From a virus (Duplodnaviria > Caudoviricetes): 48,055 nt of DNA. The stretch spans positions 1 to 48,055 of IMG/VR virus record IMGVR_UViG_3300037307_000569; one strand, 5' to 3'. Below, in pieces: positions 8,929 through 18,694 of this stretch (position 1 is its first letter; each line of letters begins with the position of its first letter). Both the position numbers and the translations under genes were made by a program. Under the pieces are notes generated by a model. The model did no database searches. It was not told the origin of the DNA and worked only from the letters and a program-made list of their open reading frames with translations.

Positions 8929-10836
8929 TTACCTGTTAACAAAAAATGGCAAAAACGGAGGCGGCTTTTCATGGCTAACAGAGGGGTCAAACGCATCACC
9001 AAAAATCTTTAACGCCCAATTGCCTAAAACCAAGCAAGAATAACTGTCTTTTCTCACCTTGTTTTCTCCCGTTGTTTTTCTTAAATTTGAAGGAAGATCG
9101 AATGTTTGGCTTCCGTTAGCTGTTGTAGTCGGAACAATAATCGCACACTGAGCTTTAGTCATATTGATCACTATCGGAATGTTCTCGATCAAGTCTGCCT
9201 TCTTAGCAATCAGTTTGTCATGCTCGTTTGTTTCCTCATACAGGGATTCGAAATCCTTACCGCTTCTGAACACTAACGATCCAATTGGGATGTTCTTTTT
9301 TAGCTGGGCGTGCCAATCCTTATCCATGGGCAAACCCGCAAACCAAATCTTCTTGTGGTCAATGTTGGATTGCAACAATTCGTTGGCAAACCTAATCCAT
9401 TTGGGAGAAGGGTTGCGCATAAAGCAAATCCTATGGTCAAGTCTATTGTATTGACTTCTTACTTCCTTAAGCCCCTCTTGATACGTTTCTATTTCATCGA
9501 TTTCTGTTGTTTCAATGGTCTTGAATTCGATCTTCGCATCCTTGAATACCTTGCTTTCATTCACCGCTTTCAAAAACTGGACACCACCCATATAGTCAAA
9601 CACTATGAAAACAACGTTAAAGTTAGTATACAAATAATAGAAATACAGGATGTGATTCTTTGCGTTTCCGCCGTGAACCGCATAACTATGAACAATCGTT
9701 CCTGTCTTCCTGTCTTTGGAAAGCTTTATGACGTGAATCGCAAAGTCGTCAGAACTTTCTGTTTCAGCCCAAGACGGGTCAATACTTATGATATATTCCG
9801 CGCCTTCTTCTCCTTTGATTTCAACATATTGCCCCTGCCCGTCTGGGTATGTAACAGCACCAAGTTTCGATATACGGAAATAACTAGAACTATCATCAGT
9901 GAAAAGTGATCCGAACTCCCTCATGAACTGAGCTTCGGACATCGTTGCTTTTGATTCATTGATCAAGTTTTGGTCATAAAGCTCCTTGGGCACCACGTCA
10001 TACGAAAAATGCATAATTGCACGATGCGCGGTATCCTCTTTTTCTTTTTGGATGCGCCCAGTGATAAGCCCCTCATATTGTTTATACAACGTATAGATAT
10101 AATCAAAAGTGTATCCAGCACTACTCAAGGTAATCAATTTGTTGTTAGGCCAACGATACCTCTCGTCTTCTGTCATCTTCCCCTGTTCGATCAACTCATT
10201 CTCAAGATCAGCAAGCTCTTTTCTTTGGCCAGGATTTTGGACAGTGGAAAGGAACGGTTTAATGACTTCGTTGTAAATCTTTTCTGGCATCAACAGGAAT
10301 TCGTCAACAATAACCACATGGAATCTGAAACCACGAAGTTTTTCGCCGTCTCCAAGAGGTAAGGCTCTAATTTTGGATGTCCCTATTTCCATTAACCATT
10401 CGTCACTGCTTTTGCTGACGTTGGAGACACATTGTTTGAACAGTTCCGCTTCTTTTAGTTGGCATATATCCTCGATCTTCTTGAAAATGAGTTTCGATTG
10501 ACGAAATGTCCTCGACAGTATGCCAATTTCGGTGCCAGGATTAAGCAGGGCGTAGTAGGCTGCGAAAATACCAGTGCAATATGACTTGGAACAACCACGC
10601 GCCCAGATGCCCATGAAGTAGTCACAAAGCATCATTGCTTTAATCGCCATATGCTGGAACGGAAATAGCCTTACTCCCATCGCTAGATTAATACCAAAAG
10701 TCACATTCTCGCGTAAAAATCTATACAACAATGTTTTTGCCTCTATTTCGTCAAGCGTGCCCTTTTTTGCACGAACGATCTCATTGATGCCGCTATACCT
10801 TTTCTGGTATTTCTGTGTTCCTACTTCCCAAGCCAT
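8929..10836 (-). CDS. terL: Terminase large subunit
   Basis: LFPFQ adenine motif, Walker A WARGCSKS, LRGFRF plus Walker B VVIVDE, RNase H-like SIDPS and KDSYS. Confidence 0.92.
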   Translation of the reverse strand: MAWEVGTQKYQKRYSGINEIVRAKKGTLDEIEAKTLLYRFLRENVTFGINLAMGVRLFPFQHMAIKAMMLCDYFMGIWARGCSKSYCTGIFAAYYALLNPGTEIGILSRTFRQSKLIFKKIEDICQLKEAELFKQCVSNVSKSSDEWLMEIGTSKIRALPLGDGEKLRGFRFHVVIVDEFLLMPEKIYNEVIKPFLSTVQNPGQRKELADLENELIEQGKMTEDERYRWPNNKLITLSSAGYTFDYIYTLYKQYEGLITGRIQKEKEDTAHRAIMHFSYDVVPKELYDQNLINESKATMSEAQFMREFGSLFTDDSSSYFRISKLGAVTYPDGQGQYVEIKGEEGAEYIISIDPSWAETESSDDFAIHVIKLSKDRKTGTIVHSYAVHGGNAKNHILYFYYLYTNFNVVFIVFDYMGGVQFLKAVNESKVFKDAKIEFKTIETTEIDEIETYQEGLKEVRSQYNRLDHRICFMRNPSPKWIRFANELLQSNIDHKKIWFAGLPMDKDWHAQLKKNIPIGSLVFRSGKDFESLYEETNEHDKLIAKKADLIENIPIVINMTKAQCAIIVPTTTANGSQTFDLPSNLRKTTGENKVRKDSYSCLVLGNWALKIFGDAFDPSVSHEKPPPFLPFFVNR

Positions 10837-11753
10837 CTGATCATTTCATATTGGATATCCATTAATGCGCATTTCTCACCCATTTTCAAAATACTGAAAG
10901 AAACGTCCTGCGCTTGCGCCCTGTCACTACAAAACACAAACTGAACGGCCCTTGGGTATTTATGCTCAAGCAGCCTCATGTTGTGAAAGACAAACTCCAG
11001 ATTCTGGCAATACATGTTTATCTTCCAGTTGTTTTTCAAGTCCGCAGCGCTGGATTCTATCACAACAAACAAGATGGCCCCAAGCTCTTTGGCGCGTTTG
11101 ATCTCATTTTCAAACCGCTCCAGATTATTGCGAGACAAAGTGGAACAGAAATCAGAAGGGCTTTTCCTGTCTATGAAAACAAACGAAAACGCGTCACCAA
11201 GTGCTGTATAATCTCCTACCTCAAGTTTTGTTGCCCGTGAGTTTAGAAAAACAAAAGGTTTTTGTTCCCTCGTGTCAATACCGATTCTGATCGACCCGTC
11301 ATCAAAACAAAACCAGTCCTCTTTAGCCCTTTCTGGAAACAGCGGCTCAACGCCGATTTCCTCGCAAAGCTTTTTGTAGCTTCCGCCCAAGTTTTCACAA
11401 ACAGCCATGGACGGGAAACAAGACAGCGTTCCCAAATCCACACAACTCGGGGCAAACTTTCCGTCTTTTAATTGAACCCTGTTTCTTATTAGATCGACCA
11501 CATATTGCCTTGCGGTTTTTTTGTCAGCCCCTTTAAGCCAAGCGTTCATTTCGCGCTTGTCCACAAAATCCCTTGAAAGGTAATCGTCAACATTTTTAAA
11601 CGGGATTGGTTTGCCGCTATACAGACTCATCCGCTTGTAAAACCTTGTATAATAGGTCTCAATCGGCAAGTCATGCTTTTTCAAATGGGCGTGCAGGGAC
11701 TTCCTCCACTGAAATCCCTGCCCGCAAACCAGACATTTAAAATCAGACGACAT
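10821..11753 (-). CDS. C2H2 zinc finger + ERCC4/XPF-like nuclease
   Basis: CLVC...HLKKH zinc finger; IDTREQ, VGDY, IDRKS..DF ERCC4 motifs. Confidence 0.8.
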   Translation of the reverse strand: MSSDFKCLVCGQGFQWRKSLHAHLKKHDLPIETYYTRFYKRMSLYSGKPIPFKNVDDYLSRDFVDKREMNAWLKGADKKTARQYVVDLIRNRVQLKDGKFAPSCVDLGTLSCFPSMAVCENLGGSYKKLCEEIGVEPLFPERAKEDWFCFDDGSIRIGIDTREQKPFVFLNSRATKLEVGDYTALGDAFSFVFIDRKSPSDFCSTLSRNNLERFENEIKRAKELGAILFVVIESSAADLKNNWKINMYCQNLEFVFHNMRLLEHKYPRAVQFVFCSDRAQAQDVSFSILKMGEKCALMDIQYEMIRWLGK

Positions 11754-12801
11754 CTTCCCTTCCTATCCCAAGAACTCTCGCCTTGAATTCTGGCAGGCTT
11801 TCAATCATTTGAGCCTCCTTGTCAATCAACAGCTTTTGTTTTTCGACAATATTCAACATGATTTGGCGCTCTTCTTCTTCCATAAAAGCTTGCACCAAGT
11901 TAAGGATGCTTGCGGAGCTTTCATGGCGTTTAGCGAGACGCGCAGACCGATCCCCTTGCAGCCTTTTTATCAGCGATTCTATGCGGCCTTCTGAGTCATG
12001 GTATTCTTTAGATTTTGCTTTTATTGTTTCCGCAAGCCTCACTGAAAGCTCATTTTGCTCTTCAGTTTCTTCAAACATTTTGTGGAGTTTTGCCAGATTC
12101 TTTGATATGTTCTCCAGCATTACCACATCCTTGCACACGTTCATGTAAAGGGTTACTTCATCTGCTGTTAGGTCTGGCTTGTCCCATGTAAGGCGTATAA
12201 ATTCTTCTTCAAAAAGCTTTCTGCTATCATGGCTCTCAAAGCCATTCATGATTGTGCAGAACCTTGAATTCGAAAGGTTGATAAGCAGCTTGTCTACATA
12301 ATCCTTGTGCCTTTTGTGCATCCGCTCTTCTTCCAATTGGATACCAGTGGAATCATAGATCTTCTTTATTACTTTACTGGCGGCTTTTGGCGGCGAATAC
12401 CTAGTGAATAAAGCGCTTTCCGTTCCATGGACCCAATCTGGATTTACCGCCCGAATACAAGCCAAAACAGCGCGGACTTCCTTGCTTAAATTCTTGATTT
12501 CTACGTCAGGCCAAACCTGTTTTGCAATTTCGAACGAGCTTAACCCCTCGGTCGCCCTTTGCAAAATGAACTCCTTTTGAGTTTCGGTTAGTTCGTCGCA
12601 CCGCTGCGGCATGCGTTGCGTGGTTGAATACTCCAACCCAGATGATGATAAAAACTCCCTTACTGCCCTGCCTTCAGCGCTTCTCCCGTCCAATTCCTCG
12701 TTGCAAAAACACTCTTTTGTCAACTTGTTGAGGTCTGGATTGGTTGGGAAGCTTTTGGCTAGGAAATCCTTCTGTTCGTCTGTTAGCGTAACCTTCTTCA
12801 T
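11743..12801 (-). CDS. Hypothetical helical protein (candidate terminase small subunit)
   Basis: Two N-terminal HTH-like repeats (LTDEQKDFL / LTETQKEFI) and a coiled coil, upstream of terL; function inferred. Confidence 0.55.
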   Translation of the reverse strand: MKKVTLTDEQKDFLAKSFPTNPDLNKLTKECFCNEELDGRSAEGRAVREFLSSSGLEYSTTQRMPQRCDELTETQKEFILQRATEGLSSFEIAKQVWPDVEIKNLSKEVRAVLACIRAVNPDWVHGTESALFTRYSPPKAASKVIKKIYDSTGIQLEEERMHKRHKDYVDKLLINLSNSRFCTIMNGFESHDSRKLFEEEFIRLTWDKPDLTADEVTLYMNVCKDVVMLENISKNLAKLHKMFEETEEQNELSVRLAETIKAKSKEYHDSEGRIESLIKRLQGDRSARLAKRHESSASILNLVQAFMEEEERQIMLNIVEKQKLLIDKEAQMIESLPEFKARVLGIGREDVV

Positions 12802-12803
12802 GT

Positions 12804-13523
12804 TTACCTCCCAGGAATTATATCTTTTGTTTCCAAGATTTTTGCAGTCTTCTCCCTAATTGTCTTCTGGATGTGTTTGATTTGTCTGTATCCAGCTTGC
12901 CTGTTTTTCTCCGAAGTGATGTAACCCATAACTTTGGAAATTTCATCATCAGACTTTCCTTCAATAAACTTCATTCGAAAAACTTTAAATTGTTTTGGAG
13001 TCAGCACTTTTTCCAACTCATCGACTAGCCTCTCAATGCAATCTTCTTGGTTGAAAAAGTCGCAAGGCAAGTTATAAACTTCCTGCGAATGATTCTCCAT
13101 AGGCAAAGGAAGCTTGATATCGCTGGCCGACTTTTTGGTTCGCTGCCATTTACGGTAAACAGGGCATTCATCGCACTGCAATCCACTCTTGGTATAAGTG
13201 CAAAGCTCGGATTTGGTAGGATCTGTGCTGCCAGCACTGCCTTGATTGAATGGGCAATTTAAGCATGGTCTAGCAAAACTCCCGTAGTTATTGCGCAGTA
13301 TGTTCTTGAGCTGGTTTGAAATCAGCCTGTATAGCCAAGGACGCAACGGCTTTTTCGCATCCCACTGCTCCCACTTTGTATAAATATGCGTCAGAATCAT
13401 CTGCGCAACATCGTCAAAGTCCATCCATGCGACGGCCTTTAACCTCCACGAAGACCGCCTTCTTTCGATTTCTTGGTTTATTACATCCAAGTTATCTTCA
13501 AAACGGTTACTTCCTTCTGGCAT
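12804..13523 (-). CDS. Phage sigma-70-family (ECF-like) sigma factor with Cys-rich insertion
   Basis: Region 2 (DFDDVAQ...WLYRLISNQLKN), region 4 HTH (LTPKQFKVFRMKFIEGKSDDEISKVMG), CxxC...C...CxxC insert. Confidence 0.8.
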   Translation of the reverse strand: MPEGSNRFEDNLDVINQEIERRRSSWRLKAVAWMDFDDVAQMILTHIYTKWEQWDAKKPLRPWLYRLISNQLKNILRNNYGSFARPCLNCPFNQGSAGSTDPTKSELCTYTKSGLQCDECPVYRKWQRTKKSASDIKLPLPMENHSQEVYNLPCDFFNQEDCIERLVDELEKVLTPKQFKVFRMKFIEGKSDDEISKVMGYITSEKNRQAGYRQIKHIQKTIREKTAKILETKDIIPGR

Positions 13524-13866
13524 CTAATTCCTCTGTTTTTAGTGGTATTGTTTGGCCGTCTTCAAAAACAAGCTTTCCGTCTTTGGAGCCTAACACGAAC
13601 TCTCCTTGCGGCTTCCGATACTCAACCTCCACATCAAGTTTTGTAATTTCTGGGACGCGATCTGCCGTGGTAAAAGCATCTTCGCTATCCTCATCATCGT
13701 CGTCGTCATAAACCGTTACAACCTCCGCTTTTGTTTTTTGTCGCGGTTTCTGCACAGACCCCACAGAAAATTCGCTTAGGTTTTGCCCACATGAAGAGCA
13801 AAATTTGGGAGGGCTTAGATTATATTCGTATCTTGCCCCGCAATTTGTACAAAATACTTTGTTCAT
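13507..13866 (-). CDS. Zinc-ribbon protein with acidic tract
   Basis: FCTNCG...KFCSSCG; poly-Asp run. Confidence 0.75.
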   Translation of the reverse strand: MNKVFCTNCGARYEYNLSPPKFCSSCGQNLSEFSVGSVQKPRQKTKAEVVTVYDDDDDEDSEDAFTTADRVPEITKLDVEVEYRKPQGEFVLGSKDGKLVFEDGQTIPLKTEELDARRK

Positions 13867-13921
13867 ACGGCTATATTATCCGAGAAATGACAATATTCAA
13901 ATTTCGCTACACGAAAACTGT

Positions 13922-14638
13922 TTATAAGGACAGTTTTTTTACCAAAAATTTAACAATTTCATCGCGAAAAATGTCTTCCTCTGTTAGTCGGAATGTAAAA
14001 ATGCCGTGTTCCCTGCTCTCTTCATCGTCAAAAGCGGCTATAATTTGAGGAAAGCAGCTTCTACCGTTCAAATCGCTTTGTTTCGGGTCTCCGCACAGTA
14101 TCAGTTGGGTGTTTTTGCCCATGCGCGTAAGAGTTGTGGCCATCTCGTGGGAGTTGAAATTTTGCGCCTCATCGACAATCACAATCTTGTTTTGCCAGCT
14201 TGCACCCCTCAAAAAGTTCACTGGTAACGCCTCTAGCATCTCGCTTTTCATGACGCTAGCGATAGAATGCGGGTTAAGCATCTCCTCCAGCTTATCGTTT
14301 AGCGGAGCTATAAAAGGATCAAACTTTCGGCTCAAATTCCCAGGTAAAGAACCAAGCTGTTTGGAGGCGCTTTCAACAGCGGTTCTGATGTAAAGGATAT
14401 CTTTTGTTTTATCCCTTGCCATTATTGATAAAGCGCCGTAAACTGCCAAATAAGTCTTGGCCGTGCCCGCTGGGCCATAAATAATCACAATCCTTGCCGT
14501 CTGGTCAAGTATTTTGTTGATAATTTCCCTTTGGTTTTTTGAAAACTTCCATTCCCGCCTCTTAAATTCAATTGTAGGGATGAAATTTCCCTCCAACGCC
14601 GTCCTGATTTCGTTCTCCACAACATGGTGCTTTGTCAT
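13922..14638 (-). CDS. phoH: PhoH-like ATPase
   Basis: GPAGTAKT, LGSLPG, FLRGAS, IVDEAQN, LTRMG, GDPKQSDL. Start moved to ATG 14638, overlapping the upstream stop. Confidence 0.93.
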   Translation of the reverse strand: MTKHHVVENEIRTALEGNFIPTIEFKRREWKFSKNQREIINKILDQTARIVIIYGPAGTAKTYLAVYGALSIMARDKTKDILYIRTAVESASKQLGSLPGNLSRKFDPFIAPLNDKLEEMLNPHSIASVMKSEMLEALPVNFLRGASWQNKIVIVDEAQNFNSHEMATTLTRMGKNTQLILCGDPKQSDLNGRSCFPQIIAAFDDEESREHGIFTFRLTEEDIFRDEIVKFLVKKLSL

Positions 14639-15558
14639 AAGATTTTTTGTTTTATTACAATCGATCCACGGGAGTCCAACGCCCAAGAAGAATCGATGTT
14701 TTCAAACTGCCCGCTAACAGCAAGCGTGCCACCAAACCTGCCAGTGACATCATTCAAGGTAATCTCTATCCCAGTGGCCAAATGGACAAGCCCTTGGATA
14801 TAGTTCTGGAATTGCATGTCCTTAAAGTCTATATATCCCAAACTTGTGGTTACTTCAAGCGATCTTAACCTATGTTCAGTTGGATACTCGGTGCCCAATT
14901 TATGATATGGCACTCTTTGAATATCCCAGCTTATGGAGATGCTGTCTATTGTTTTCCCAGAATACAAGTCGTTTGAAATTTGCGAAAAATTCGAACTTGA
15001 TGTATACAATGGAATCAATCCGTCAAACGGCTCGACATCAGAAACCGTATACAAGGCATCATATCCCGTTCCATCATGGCTATAAGCATCATCTCCGCTG
15101 ATAAACAGCCCGCTCATCGGAGCGGAATTATACATCATTTCAGAAAGAGATACCCCGCCATAAACAGAGTATTCCACATCGGCATAGATGGGCCTGAACG
15201 GAGTCAGATTAAGTGATAATGAAGTAAGGGCGACGTTTTTAAAGTGTAGCCCCTGCATGGTGATTGACGGCAGCGTTCCAGTAAATGAATAGTCGCCTGT
15301 CCCGTTCATAATGACGTTAAAGTTTTCTGGAGTCAATAAAACGTTCCCTTTTATGGTTGCTACGCTGGGAGCGCGGGGTTCATAAGTATCCGCCGAAGAA
15401 ACTCTGGAAATGCCCTCGTTTGGTCTGGCAACTGATACGGAAGCTTGACCAAACAACATGGGCACAAGCCAAGTGTTTGTTCCGCTTTTTGTTAGTGGAG
15501 AACAATCCCAAGATGGGTTGGCCAAATGGACTCTGGCTTCTTTATAAAGGAGATTCAC
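14635..15558 (-). CDS. Hypothetical structural (tail-like) protein
   Basis: 307-aa beta-rich ORF; GTGTAA 9 nt upstream of GTG. Confidence 0.55.
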   Translation of the reverse strand: MNLLYKEARVHLANPSWDCSPLTKSGTNTWLVPMLFGQASVSVARPNEGISRVSSADTYEPRAPSVATIKGNVLLTPENFNVIMNGTGDYSFTGTLPSITMQGLHFKNVALTSLSLNLTPFRPIYADVEYSVYGGVSLSEMMYNSAPMSGLFISGDDAYSHDGTGYDALYTVSDVEPFDGLIPLYTSSSNFSQISNDLYSGKTIDSISISWDIQRVPYHKLGTEYPTEHRLRSLEVTTSLGYIDFKDMQFQNYIQGLVHLATGIEITLNDVTGRFGGTLAVSGQFENIDSSWALDSRGSIVIKQKIL

Positions 15559-15573
15559 TTGTTGTTTTTACAC

Positions 15574-16104
15574 TTAAACAAACAACAGTTTGGCCACGAT
15601 CTTTTTCAGCGCAATCAGCATGGAACGCTCCCTTGGAGACAGCCCCCTTGGCTTGGTGTCAAGGACACATAATGCCCCAAGGGCAAATCCAGAGCGATCC
15701 ACGATAGGCGAAGCGGCGTAAAACCTTACTCCCAACGGGCCTGTCACAAACGGGTTCTTCTCCAAATCTGGGACAGCTTTTGTGTCATGGATGATGGTTA
15801 TCTCGACATTCGGATGGGTTATTGTCCTATCACATAATGCCTCACAGCGCTTTGTTTCCTTGACGTTGATATTGAAAGTAGACTTATACCATTGTCTTTC
15901 CGAATCAAGGAATGAAATTCCAGCCATCGGGCAATTGCATATCTCGGCTGCAAGCTGTGCGCAAGTGTCCCAAACACGCTCATGGGGAGAATCCATGATT
16001 TTTGTCGATTTCAATGACTCTATCCTAGCCCTCTCCAAACTATTGGAGAGTTCTTGCACCTTGCTGGATACTGCATCCAATCTCGATAGAAACGCTTGGT
16101 CCAT
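15574..16104 (-). CDS. Stand-alone GAF domain protein
   Basis: PMAGISFLDSERQWYKS, NPFVTGPLGVRFYAASPI...GFALGALCVLDTKPR is a classic GAF signature. Confidence 0.9.
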   Translation of the reverse strand: MDQAFLSRLDAVSSKVQELSNSLERARIESLKSTKIMDSPHERVWDTCAQLAAEICNCPMAGISFLDSERQWYKSTFNINVKETKRCEALCDRTITHPNVEITIIHDTKAVPDLEKNPFVTGPLGVRFYAASPIVDRSGFALGALCVLDTKPRGLSPRERSMLIALKKIVAKLLFV

Positions 16105-16394
16105 TAGTTGAATTTTTGTAAAACTCGATCAAGCACAATCCATACAACCGCAGTAATCGCCTGTATACCGATTATCACTCCAATTGCTTTGTTCTTTGTA
16201 TCCTCTAAAGCTTTTAATCGGGTATTAACGCCTTCAAATTTTACTTCAATAGCGTCCATATGTTTCTGGCTAATAGAATTAACCCTTAATTCGGTTAATT
16301 GGTCCAACATTTTTGATAGCTGGGCTTCTAATCCAGTTAGCTTGGTGAAGACAAGTTCGCGCCATTCGCTTGCGGTGACAGATTCCTCGGACAT
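16104..16394 (-). CDS. Coiled-coil protein with C-terminal TM helix (holin/XhlA-like)
   Basis: Heptad N-terminus followed by AIGVIIGIQAITAVVWIVL. Confidence 0.55.
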   Translation of the reverse strand: MSEESVTASEWRELVFTKLTGLEAQLSKMLDQLTELRVNSISQKHMDAIEVKFEGVNTRLKALEDTKNKAIGVIIGIQAITAVVWIVLDRVLQKFN

Positions 16395-16520
16395 CGTTTC
16401 TTTTTATTACAATGTAACCCAACATTCGTGAATAGGAAAACCCGCGCCCCAAGACGGAACGCGGGCTGTATCCACGCAACTGCAAGCTCCTGATGACCTA
16501 AAGATATTTACACCGATAGA

Positions 16521-17093
16521 TCACAAAATGACGAATGGTCGCCATTCTTCCCTCAAAACTGGAAACTTGGCAACATGGCTAGCCTTCCAGCTTTTGATCG
16601 GGCCTCCGTGAACGTTTTTCGCCCCAAGGGAATCCCCCTTCTTCTGGTTGCATTCAAAACAAGTGAGGGATAGGTTTTCAGCCTCGCCTTTGCTGCCACC
16701 TTTGCTCCTCGGATGAATATGTTCAATGGTCATCTTGTGCTTTGCCTTTCTTTTGAAGCAAATTTGGCACACGCCGTCGAAATATTCATACAAGTTCTTC
16801 AAAGATGGCCTTCTGGAACGGTGGCGCTTGGTATGATGGATGGAAGTTACTAGGATCGTTGGAACTGGCCACGCCCTTGAGACGCTTCGCACCGCTGGGT
16901 TTTCATCAAACCAATCGTCGGAATTCACCCAAGTATCCCACAAATACAGAGAGCCAGACTTTCCCATTGCTCTTACCCCACCAACAGATCCGATGAGCTT
17001 TTTCAAGCCTTCTCGTGCCGTGGTGATGCCTTGTGGCAAATATGCGGCAGACAAAAGCAAAACGCTTTCTTGTTTTGGATTAACGATCTTCAT
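16521..17093 (-). CDS. HNH endonuclease
   Basis: CQIC...TIEHIHPRSKGG...NLSLTCFECNQKKG; leaderless promoter (TTGACA 34 nt before ATG 17093). Confidence 0.88.
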   Translation of the reverse strand: MKIVNPKQESVLLLSAAYLPQGITTAREGLKKLIGSVGGVRAMGKSGSLYLWDTWVNSDDWFDENPAVRSVSRAWPVPTILVTSIHHTKRHRSRRPSLKNLYEYFDGVCQICFKRKAKHKMTIEHIHPRSKGGSKGEAENLSLTCFECNQKKGDSLGAKNVHGGPIKSWKASHVAKFPVLREEWRPFVIL

Positions 17094-17123
17094 TGGCTGA
17101 TGATACAAAGCCAGCCTGACTTG

Positions 17124-17681
17124 TCAATAAGAATTTGATCCAAAATATCCCAATTTTGTCATATCGTGCGTCATTAAACGATAAACTCTGTGTTTTGCCA
17201 AGTCTGTAATAGAAAAAGCTTTTAATTCCACGCCCCAATCAACCGCTTCGCTTTTTAAAGTTTTAAAAACAAAGGATTCAAGCATGCTTCTGGTTAAAGC
17301 AAAGTTGTTTCCAACATTCTGGTATTCGGAGACCCATTTTGCAATCAATTCCATTGCCCGATTCTGGATGGTGGCATCAACGTCGAAGGTTTCCAACATC
17401 GCTTTTTTCGCATCATTAATTGTATAGCGAACAACCCCAGATACAGCCCAAGGAACCCCAGAAGCGTCTATAATGCTTTGGTTTGGAAGGTTTGTTACTT
17501 GTAAAGATCTCTTAATTATTCTGGTCCTGTCAAGAATGGGCCAAATCAAATAGTAGCCATTGGTTAATTCCCGTTTAAACTTACCAAGTCTAACAAGAAC
17601 GCCAAGTTCGTCTGGTTCAACCTCTGTCCAAAACTTAAGCTTATCTAACCACTCAAGAAGTTTTTGGAAAAAGATGGTCAT
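17124..17681 (-). CDS. SPFH / band 7 family protein
   Basis: VEPDELGVLVRLGKF...GYYLIWPILD; VSGVVRYTIND; WGVEL. Confidence 0.85.
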   Translation of the reverse strand: MTIFFQKLLEWLDKLKFWTEVEPDELGVLVRLGKFKRELTNGYYLIWPILDRTRIIKRSLQVTNLPNQSIIDASGVPWAVSGVVRYTINDAKKAMLETFDVDATIQNRAMELIAKWVSEYQNVGNNFALTRSMLESFVFKTLKSEAVDWGVELKAFSITDLAKHRVYRLMTHDMTKLGYFGSNSY

Positions 17682-17696
17682 TTCATGAGTTTACAC

Positions 17697-18254
17697 TCAA
17701 GAAGCGGCCTTACACGGCTTAAAAGACAAAGATCTGGCTTGTAAATATAGCGTTTTATTATATTTATTGATAAATTTCAGTATCCCAGGAGTATTGGTGC
17801 CGCGCACAAGCTCCACCACAAGGCATTCTGCCTCCCTGAAAAGGCAACACGCAAAATCAAACTTTGCAACTATGGGGCCGTTCCAGCCATAATCTATCCA
17901 ATCCTTTTGGTTGAATCCTTGCGCATCAAGAGTAACTGATAAAGCGTTGAAAAGCTTGTCTAAAAAGGTTGTGTCAACGCTGGAAAGCTCTCCAAATTTA
18001 TCGGTATAGGATTCTTGAAATGGTGTGGAACTTATAAAGCCAGAAATCCAACGCCATGGCTTTGAAGCCTCGCGCCAATCCTCGGCAATCTCTTGGTTGT
18101 TTAATTCGGACAAGGCTACGCCTAATGCCGCGCATGCGGTATCGATTTTCCCAACAGCCACAACATTTGCGCATGATTTGGGCATTACCGAACCAACGGA
18201 ATTACAAGTAAATCCTAAATCCCCATTCGATGTGTACAAGTCCTTGGCTTTCAT
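17697..18254 (-). CDS. Divergent PduO-type cob(I)alamin adenosyltransferase-like protein
   Basis: LYTSNGDLGFT, AVGKIDTACAALGVA, ACCLFREAE and LKFINKYNKTLYLQAR parallel the PduO motifs IYTRTGDxG, GTVDELNS, RRAER and LNRLSD..F..AR. Confidence 0.65.
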   Translation of the reverse strand: MKAKDLYTSNGDLGFTCNSVGSVMPKSCANVVAVGKIDTACAALGVALSELNNQEIAEDWREASKPWRWISGFISSTPFQESYTDKFGELSSVDTTFLDKLFNALSVTLDAQGFNQKDWIDYGWNGPIVAKFDFACCLFREAECLVVELVRGTNTPGILKFINKYNKTLYLQARSLSFKPCKAAS

Positions 18255-18284
18255 TCCTTCGTTCTAGCCTAAACCTCTAGCTTG

Positions 18285-18689
18285 TCAATTGGCAGGAGAG
18301 ACAGACAAAGAGAATCTCCTCTGCGCATTATAATAAACAGATAAACCTCCTTTGTTTATCGCTCTTGCAGTTTCAACCGCGCTCTCCCTGTCTTGACAGT
18401 TGATTTCTCCCTTTATTGCCCCGTGGTATAAACCAATATTCAAAGAAATAAAGAAGATCTCGCTATAAGGAAAAGATGGGGCTGTAAGGGGATCGGTGTG
18501 TTTATAGAAGTATCTTTTTACCAAGATTGAACCGTCTTGATTTTCCCAAACAATTTCTGCGTTTGCTTTTCCCAACGGTTGAAACTCGCTGTCCCTGTTG
18601 CAATTCTCAAGGTATTCCTTAGTAAAAGTCGGGGTGTAATTTGCATCCGCAAAAAGCGGCAAAGTAAAGTATTTTATATGTTTTTTCAT
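18285..18689 (-). CDS. Hypothetical protein
   Basis: ORF starting just after the RNR stop (MKKHIKY). Confidence 0.55.
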   Translation of the reverse strand: MKKHIKYFTLPLFADANYTPTFTKEYLENCNRDSEFQPLGKANAEIVWENQDGSILVKRYFYKHTDPLTAPSFPYSEIFFISLNIGLYHGAIKGEINCQDRESAVETARAINKGGLSVYYNAQRRFSLSVSPAN

Positions 18690-18694
18690 ATATT

